A stretch of DNA of 11,528 bases from Promethearchaeota archaeon (lineage in GTDB: Archaea; Asgardarchaeota; Lokiarchaeia; Sigyniarchaeales; SOKP01), in NCBI GenBank assembly GCA_008080735.1, contig SHMW01000107.1, forward strand, positions 1 to 11,528, in the 5' to 3' direction. A model generated the notes under the pieces. It saw nothing but the letters and a program-made list of their open reading frames with translations, made no database searches and was not told where the DNA came from. Shown in pieces: positions 1 to 6,263 of this stretch. Position 1 is the first letter of the stretch. Every line of letters starts with the position of its first letter. Made by a program: the position numbers and the translations under genes.

Positions 1-72
1 TTGAATTAGTGAGATTTAAACCAATTCTAATGAATGAATTTATGTAAAAGCATAATTGGACTTATATAAAGA

Positions 73-1416
73 ATGAAGTTTGGCCATATGGAGATTAACA
101 GAGACCAAGATATTATTAAGAAATATAAAGCTCGTTTTAGGATATCAACATCAACTTCCAAGGTAATTGAAGCTTTCTTATTAATGAGTTTTGAGATATT
201 TATTATCGTAATCTTCTCCCTCTATCTACAGGAAACTTATATCAATTCCAATTATTCTAAAAACACATATGAGTATATCTGGGCGGCTATTGAGACTTTT
301 TTAATTATCATTTTTATAATCCAATTACCTATTTATTTTTCTAAAGAAATTTATAATCTGAGAAAGCAAATCATTGGAGAAAAATACGTTCTTTGTCAAG
401 GGAAAAAATATTATTTTGATGGGATGACGCTCAAATTAAGGCCCAAAAGCCCCATAAAGTCGATATTAGAAATACAAAGACTTGAAAATTTTGGTTCAAG
501 CTTGACCTCACTCGATCTTAGCAAAAATGAGATAAACGCCATTCAGTTTCCGGGTAAATTTCCCCATCTTAAAGAGCTAAATTTAAACTATAATAAAATA
601 TCTCAGATTACTAAATTGGATCACGTACCAAAGCTCGAACGATTACAGATTAAATCAAACCGATTACAAGCTCTTGATAATTTATCTAATAATAAAGTTC
701 TTACAGTTATTAATGCTCAAAAAAATTTCATCAAGAAAATTAACCTCAAAACCAATCCAGAGCTTATTGTGCTTAAGCTGAGTGATAACGAATTAGAATC
801 ATTAAAAGATTTCAAAAGCCTCTACAAGCTCATAAACCTAAATGTTTCAAAGAACAACCTAAGGGAAATCGCTTATCTGGAAAAATTGATAAATTTAGTT
901 TTTTTTAATTGCCGAAAAAATCCAATTAAAAGAAATGCAACGATGCCGAAATTCAGTTTAGGGAAACTCTGGGTGAGATACTGTCAATTAAACGGAGATG
1001 CTAAAATCCTTGATAAATTGGTGCTATTATTTGAATACGCGAATAACCAAAAAAGACATAATAAATTGATTAATTATGCATCACGGTATTATAATTCTAT
1101 CTCGCTTCAGACTAAACGTATTAAGAAAAAAAAGAGAATTAGTTATTATTACCATTTCTCATTCTTTTTCCGAGAATTTTTTAGTATTATTAAAGAGAAT
1201 CTTAAAAAAATCAGCTTATATACAATTTGCGTTTTAATCTTATATTTTATCCTGACATCATGGTTACTGGAGATATTCTTCCCTTCAAGAATTGGAAATA
1301 CCCCTTCAAATATTTATAGTGAAAATATGATCCGATCGATTATTCTTCTCATCGTTATTTTTATTTTTTATTGGGTTGAGCTTGATAACACTAATATTGA
1401 TGTGAATTTCAATTGA
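73..1416 (+). CDS. Membrane-anchored leucine-rich repeat protein (about 2 N-terminal TM helices, 7 SDS22-like LRRs, about 2 C-terminal TM helices)
   Basis: 447 aa ORF. Seven 21-22 aa repeats of type LxxLxLxxNxI (SLTSLDLSKNEI, HLKELNLNYNKI, KLERLQIKSNRL, VLTVINAQKNFI, ELIVLKLSDNEL, KLINLNVSKNNL, NLVFFNCRKNPI). Hydrophobic segments at about aa 33-52, 69-89, 380-403 and 420-436. Start could be the ATG at 88. Confidence 0.85.
   Translation: MKFGHMEINRDQDIIKKYKARFRISTSTSKVIEAFLLMSFEIFIIVIFSLYLQETYINSNYSKNTYEYIWAAIETFLIIIFIIQLPIYFSKEIYNLRKQIIGEKYVLCQGKKYYFDGMTLKLRPKSPIKSILEIQRLENFGSSLTSLDLSKNEINAIQFPGKFPHLKELNLNYNKISQITKLDHVPKLERLQIKSNRLQALDNLSNNKVLTVINAQKNFIKKINLKTNPELIVLKLSDNELESLKDFKSLYKLINLNVSKNNLREIAYLEKLINLVFFNCRKNPIKRNATMPKFSLGKLWVRYCQLNGDAKILDKLVLLFEYANNQKRHNKLINYASRYYNSISLQTKRIKKKKRISYYYHFSFFFREFFSIIKENLKKISLYTICVLILYFILTSWLLEIFFPSRIGNTPSNIYSENMIRSIILLIVIFIFYWVELDNTNIDVNFN
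499..930 (+). repeat. Protein-level LRR array (7 units) inside the first CDS
   Basis: Periodic LxxLxLxxNxI/L motif every 21-22 codons, aa 143-286; diverged at the DNA level. Confidence 0.85.
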
Positions 1417-1618
1417 TATTTATGAATTTCAGCAGACAATATTTGTAATCAAAAGATTACAAACTACCACAAAAAGGAGTAAGAATTAATTTTCAAAGCA
1501 GATCTACCAAAAAAAAAGAAATCTTAGTTTCAAAAAAATGAAATTTGTTGCGGAGACCCGTGTTAGTTCCAAATAATAAAAAAAGTAGATTAAAGGAATA
1601 AAGGATTAAATTCTACTC

Positions 1619-2830
1619 TTAATACTTGAATGCAACCTTAATAGCTTTATTTGTACTTTTATTATTTGCTGTTTCTAAGGCTTTTTTATAATTATCTAAG
1701 TCAAAAGTGTGAGTAACAAATGGTTCCGCATTTACAGCTCCAGATGAAATAAGATCTAAAGCAATTTCCATAGTACGTTTTTTTTGACCTTCAAAAGTGT
1801 CGTGACTAAATATATTTGAAGATAGAATCGTGATTTCTTTTGAAATTAAGGGAGTCCAATCTACCTTAATATTTCCGGGATATCCAATCAGGATGAGATG
1901 TCCTTTCATTTTGATCAATCTTAAGGCATCATTTAAAGAGCTCGCGTTTCCAACAGAATCGTATATTATATCTGCTCCCCCTCCGTATGGATATGCAGAC
2001 TCAAATGGAGGGGATAGAATTTTCGAGTCCAATTTGCGCCCCAATTTCTTGATATGAATGTCTTTTTTGGCGATAAATACTTCCTTTGCCCCTAATTGTT
2101 TTGCGATTTCAGCTTGAAAATTATAACGGGCGGTAGCATATATTTCTTTTATTCCTAGCGCTTTTAAGGTGGATATAACAGCCAATCCAATTGTCCCACA
2201 TCCAATAACAACGCATTTATCATTTTCATGGGGTCTATGTTTTAAGATACCGTGAAGAGCACAGGCAATAGGCTCCGCAATTAAAGCTTGTTCCCATGAT
2301 ATATTTTCAGGTATCTTATAGACAAATCTACGATGAGCAACAACAAATTCTCCCCATCCTCCACCCGTATCTTTACATACTCCAAAAATAACTCCTGGAG
2401 AAATATCTCCTTTATCCAAATTTATACATAAATTATAGCCCCCAGTCTTACACTGAGGACAAGGATCTAATCCTCTAACTTCACAAGGTAGATTGGTGTC
2501 GCATATCACCCTATCACCTTTTTCAAGATTTTTTACATTATCTCCAATTTCTATTACCTCTCCCACAATTTCGTGACCTGGAATCGATGGGAATGAAGTT
2601 AAAGTTGAAAGGACCATTGAATTTTGAAGATTCATCATATGCATATCACTCCCGCAAATTCCTCCTAACTTTAGCTTTAGCTTAATCCAATTTTCATTAA
2701 TTATGTCCGGTTCCTCAAAATCTTTCGAATATAGAACTAAATCATACGGTTGTAGTTTAAAATTAGGATCTTGCGATACTTTCCGTTTAAGTTCTAAATA
2801 TCGCTGAATGTCAAAATATAATGCTCTCAT
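1619..2830 (-). CDS. Zinc-dependent medium-chain dehydrogenase/reductase (threonine/sorbitol dehydrogenase-like); substrate unknown
   Basis: GICGSD (catalytic Zn Cys), PGHEIVGEV signature, structural Zn cluster CEVRGLDPCPQCKTGGYNLC, EPIACALH, Rossmann motif VIGCGTIG, C-terminal THTFDLDNYKKAL...KVAF. Confidence 0.93.
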   Translation of the reverse strand: MRALYFDIQRYLELKRKVSQDPNFKLQPYDLVLYSKDFEEPDIINENWIKLKLKLGGICGSDMHMMNLQNSMVLSTLTSFPSIPGHEIVGEVIEIGDNVKNLEKGDRVICDTNLPCEVRGLDPCPQCKTGGYNLCINLDKGDISPGVIFGVCKDTGGGWGEFVVAHRRFVYKIPENISWEQALIAEPIACALHGILKHRPHENDKCVVIGCGTIGLAVISTLKALGIKEIYATARYNFQAEIAKQLGAKEVFIAKKDIHIKKLGRKLDSKILSPPFESAYPYGGGADIIYDSVGNASSLNDALRLIKMKGHLILIGYPGNIKVDWTPLISKEITILSSNIFSHDTFEGQKKRTMEIALDLISSGAVNAEPFVTHTFDLDNYKKALETANNKSTNKAIKVAFKY

Positions 2831-3022
2831 ATTATTCGCTCTATTTTTTAATTGAATAATAAATAAACGTATGAAATATTTAAATCTATCAATGCAATTT
2901 TGAAATCAATTCACTTCCAACATCAATATTGCAGCTAAACTAAAAAATATTGCAACCCTCTATTCTTTTTTGAAAAATCTTAATAAAAAAGCTTAAGTAA
3001 GAGTAGATTATGTTATAATAGA

Positions 3023-3343
3023 GTGAATTTTATGGAAAAAGAAGCATTGAGAAAGATTTATGATGATGCGGAAATCGCGATGAAGAAAGGCGAATGGAAA
3101 AAAGGGAGAGATTTAGCATTGGAATTAATAAAAGCTGACCCCGATTATATTGAGGGTTGGACTCTGCTGTTTATATACGAGGTGAGGGAAGGTGTGCTGG
3201 GTAAAACGAATTCGTTAGAAAAGTTTGAAATAGATGATATTCCATTTGAAATATTGGAACAGCAAGCAACTCAAAAAAAAGTACTCTCGTTTAAATCTAG
3301 TTTTATCGAACACTTAAAAAAAGAATATAATATTGATGATTAA
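3023..3343 (+). CDS. Small hypothetical protein with one TPR-like helical pair
   Basis: 106 aa from GTG; the ATG at 3032 is a likely alternative start. Segment YDDAEIAMKKGEWKKGRDLALELIKADPDYIEGWTLL fits the TPR pattern (A...G....A......DP....W..L). Confidence 0.7.
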   Translation: MNFMEKEALRKIYDDAEIAMKKGEWKKGRDLALELIKADPDYIEGWTLLFIYEVREGVLGKTNSLEKFEIDDIPFEILEQQATQKKVLSFKSSFIEHLKKEYNIDD

Positions 3344-3416
3344 TTAATTTCCTTTGTTCTTCGGGGGGTAAAGAATATCTCGTGGGGAGATTTTGGGAGG
3401 ATATAGGTAGAAATCT

Positions 3417-3986
3417 TTATTTCGACTCATATTGATGGCCTATTTTCCAAGCCCGTCCAATATGCTCTCCTAATTTCCAATAATTATTATCATTCATTGA
3501 AAATATGAGAGGATTTAATTTCTTGATATCTGGTATCCCATTAGTTAGATATTTATCCTCTGCATAGGCATTCACAATCTCTCCTATTATAATATCATGT
3601 CCTCTCTGGTTATCTATTATTTTATCTACCTTACATTCTAAATTAATAGGCGATTCATTAATCATTGGAGCTTTTTTTAGATCTCCATAAAAGACCTTAA
3701 AAACTGTAGACTTGTTGATATCTTTCCCCGATTTTATTCCACAATAATCTGTCTCTATCACCATATCTTCAGAAGTAAAGTTCACACTGAAGCATTGATT
3801 CTCCTTAATTCCTTTATTGGTCAAATGTGTATGAGAAGCCGAAATAAGAATCATTGGAGGTTTATGTTCCGCAATACAAGTCCAAGCAATAGGCATAAAA
3901 TTCGCTCTTTCTTCTATCAAGGCTCCAATCAACACTACTGGCATCGGATAAAGATAGGGACCTATTTTAATTTTATTTTTCAACAT
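3417..3986 (-). CDS. Flavin reductase family protein (flavoredoxin-like FMN-binding split barrel)
   Basis: Motifs LYPMPVVLIGA, NFMPIAW, PPMILIS, HLTNKGIKEN..FSVN, DYCGIKSG, APMINESPINLECKV and HDIIIGEIV match the flavoredoxin/DIM6-NTAB family. Confidence 0.92.
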   Translation of the reverse strand: MLKNKIKIGPYLYPMPVVLIGALIEERANFMPIAWTCIAEHKPPMILISASHTHLTNKGIKENQCFSVNFTSEDMVIETDYCGIKSGKDINKSTVFKVFYGDLKKAPMINESPINLECKVDKIIDNQRGHDIIIGEIVNAYAEDKYLTNGIPDIKKLNPLIFSMNDNNYWKLGEHIGRAWKIGHQYESK

Positions 3987-4125
3987 TATTATCCACTACT
4001 TATTACGAATTTTTCAATTTATAGATGAGATGAGTCTATGATATACTAAATTTAAAATTATTTTTTATTAAAGATTAAAATATATCAACTAAAATTTAAA
4101 AATCTCTGATTAATTAACTCTAAAT

Positions 4126-4332
4126 ATGAATAGAAAGGTCTCGAAGTTAAAAAAGCTCTTAGAGCATTGGGCAGAACATAACGACTCACATAAAGAATCA
4201 TTTATAAAATGGCGTGAATTTGCTAACGAGGAGGGTCTGGAATCCGTAAGAAAGAAATTGGATAAAGCAATAGAAAAAATTGACGAATGTTCTGCATATT
4301 TAAGAGATGCTCACAGAGAAATTGAAGAATAA
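4126..4332 (+). CDS. Small helical-hairpin protein with HWxxHNxxH motif, putative metal-binding
   Basis: 68 aa, ATG start, amphipathic helices; KLKKLLEHWAEHNDSHKESFIKW places three His at i, i+4, i+8. Confidence 0.75.
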   Translation: MNRKVSKLKKLLEHWAEHNDSHKESFIKWREFANEEGLESVRKKLDKAIEKIDECSAYLRDAHREIEE

Positions 4333-4353
4333 GTCATAAAATTCATTGTCAAT

Positions 4354-4392
4354 CCTTTTCTTTTTTGACTAAGAAAGAAAATAGGGAAAAAA
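4354..4392. terminator. Possible bidirectional terminator between convergent genes
   Basis: Pyrimidine/T tract CCTTTTCTTTTTT followed by purine/A tract AAGAAAGAAAATAGGGAAAAAA. This gives oligo-U tracts on both strands and an imperfect hairpin in the 65 bp gap. Confidence 0.35.
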
Positions 4393-4397
4393 ATAGG

Positions 4398-5603
4398 TTA
4401 TAAGAACAAATTGATAAGCGGTAAAAGTTGTTTTTTAAAATAATCAAGATTCTCTTCAATTAATTCCGGGTTTTCAGTTAACGCCCACAAATACACTGGA
4501 ATTTGCAAATCAGAATATTCAAAGAGTTTCTCACCATTAATAGTAAATCCATTTAGTGGAAAATCCAGTTTTATGGATTTCTCTCGAATTAATCCTATTG
4601 AACTATGAAAATTGATAAGAACCTGTAGCATTATTGCGGTATTATTTACAAGCATTTCATCAGTATTGGTTTGGTGAAAGCTTCCAAAAATTAACCCATC
4701 CATTGAAATAAGACTCGTAGCTTTTCCGTTTACCGTTCTTGTAAAATCTTCAAGGATATTTTCAATAATTTCAGAGGTCTCCGACACTTTCTTTAAGGCA
4801 ATGCTAAACATTTGCATAATGGTCTCCTTTTGGAACACTGTCGTATCGTAATAATCCACGTTAAATCCCCCATGCTTGTCAATTAATGGATTGAACAGAT
4901 CCTTTACTTCCCTCACATTTTGTTGCCACTCGAGAGTTTTTCTGAAATCTTGGTCGCTTTTATGTAACACAATAAGGATTGGTGCAGATTCATTTAATTC
5001 TTCCAAAGACGCTAACACTTCATCAAAATATTGCGCAGATTCTTCGAATCGTTCGGGATCTTGAATATCAATGACGTACAAGATAAGATCGACTTCAGTG
5101 AAAAATATTTCTGGTTTGTTAAAGTAATACTTCTCTCTATATTGGACTTGACCACCAAGATCCCAACTTACGATAGGGTAACCAAAGAAGTCCAATCGCT
5201 CTCTTTTGACACCTTTTGTGGGCAATAAAGATTTGATGATTGAGAATTTATCCTGAAGAACAGCCAAGATTGACGATTTACCCCCGTTATCTAAACCTAT
5301 CAATAAGAGCTTTTTATGGGCTTTGAGCTGCTCTCCCACGGCCTTTTCTAAAACTTTTGCTATCTTTACCCATTTTGATAAAATGCTGGGTAGAATTCCT
5401 TTAATCTCGGGCAGATTTTCCTCCGGGATATTTGCAAGATCTTGTATTGTTTTAATATTGTTCTCTTTTAGTTTGTCCGCGGATATCTGGTCGATTCCTA
5501 TCAAAGTGTCTGGCTTAAATCTCAAGACTTCTTCTACTTCTGTTATGATAACGTTGCTTTTGAAGAATTCTTTTATATTGGATAATTCTTCCTCCCTTGA
5601 CAT
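4398..5603 (-). CDS. Multidomain small GTPase: N-terminal helix-hairpin-helix domain, Arf/Rag(Gtr1)-like G domain, C-terminal roadblock/longin-like domain
   Basis: G1 GLDNGGKSS (aa 103-111), G2 PTKG (T129), G3 WDLGGQ (147-152), G4 HKSD (214-217), G5 TTVF (254-257). N-terminal LIGIDQISADKLKENNIKTIQDLA..EIKGI is HhH-like. C-terminal IENILEDF...ATSLISMDGLIFGS matches the roadblock alpha-beta-beta start. Confidence 0.9.
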   Translation of the reverse strand: MSREEELSNIKEFFKSNVIITEVEEVLRFKPDTLIGIDQISADKLKENNIKTIQDLANIPEENLPEIKGILPSILSKWVKIAKVLEKAVGEQLKAHKKLLLIGLDNGGKSSILAVLQDKFSIIKSLLPTKGVKRERLDFFGYPIVSWDLGGQVQYREKYYFNKPEIFFTEVDLILYVIDIQDPERFEESAQYFDEVLASLEELNESAPILIVLHKSDQDFRKTLEWQQNVREVKDLFNPLIDKHGGFNVDYYDTTVFQKETIMQMFSIALKKVSETSEIIENILEDFTRTVNGKATSLISMDGLIFGSFHQTNTDEMLVNNTAIMLQVLINFHSSIGLIREKSIKLDFPLNGFTINGEKLFEYSDLQIPVYLWALTENPELIEENLDYFKKQLLPLINLFL

Positions 5604-5632
5604 ATGGACATCAGATTAAGTTGTTATTATTC

Positions 5633-5641
5633 TTATAAAAA
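5633..5641 (-). promoter_or_regulatory. Candidate archaeal TATA box for the GTPase gene
   Basis: TTTTTATAA on the minus strand 30-38 nt upstream of the ATG at 5603; low specificity in AT-rich DNA. Confidence 0.3.
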
Positions 5642-5884
5642 TATTAGTGCTATGCTATTTATTTATATTCTTATTTTAGTATTTATTTTTTTGGTCATAT
5701 TATAAATGGAATTTTTGATATTAACATTTAATAAAATATAAATTGTATTTTTAACCATAAACGAGATTTATGGGGAGAAAATCAAGTAGGTAAAAACTTT
5801 AATAAAAATTAAAAATAAAATACTTTAAGTATTATTTGTTTTTTTTAGTGAAATAAAACTCTAAATGGAAAGGCTAAAAAGGAA

Positions 5885-6076
5885 ATGGTTTCATCTGAAG
5901 AAGCAGAAGCTATTGCAACTGAATATCTGAAAAAAAATGGACATACAGAGTGTAGTTTAGATAAAAACGAGGATAAAATCGTCAAATGGCTTGTTACTTT
6001 TTCTGGAGGAGGAAAAGTATATCGTGTTCAAGTATCAAAATCAGATGGAAGTGTATTAGGATTTACGGTTGATTAA
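5885..6076 (+). CDS. Small stand-alone PepSY-like domain protein
   Basis: 63 aa. VSSEEAEAIA (helix)...WLVTF...YRVQVSKSDGSVL follows the PepSY consensus (IS.EEA..IA...Y.V......V.ID..TG.VL). No signal peptide. Confidence 0.7.
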   Translation: MVSSEEAEAIATEYLKKNGHTECSLDKNEDKIVKWLVTFSGGGKVYRVQVSKSDGSVLGFTVD

Positions 6077-6263
6077 AAATAAAGTTTGAAGGCTTTTTTG
6101 ATATTATACCTTTCTCGAAATTAGAACAAAAAAATTAGATAGCTTCAGATAGGATTTTAAAATTATTTCATAATACTTAACTAAATAAATACAAAATCTA
6201 TTATTTAATTAGGATTCTAAAAATATCTATTCTCAAATAGGAAAAACTTTAAGGTTTAAAGCT

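Noticed and set aside
1414-1482. Possible selenocysteine read-through of the TGA ending the LRR gene
   Set aside because: A second in-frame TGA follows two codons later, there is no redox motif context, and no SECIS-like structure was recognised.
1830-2057. 75 aa plus-strand ORF
   Set aside because: Antisense shadow fully inside the well-supported dehydrogenase gene; no motifs.
3795-4028. 77 aa plus-strand ORF
   Set aside because: Antisense overlap with the flavin reductase gene; TTG start and atypical composition.
4876-5619. Three plus-strand ORFs (4876-5064, 5031-5228, 5323-5619)
   Set aside because: Antisense to the GTPase gene; S/F/I-rich composition typical of reverse-strand shadows.
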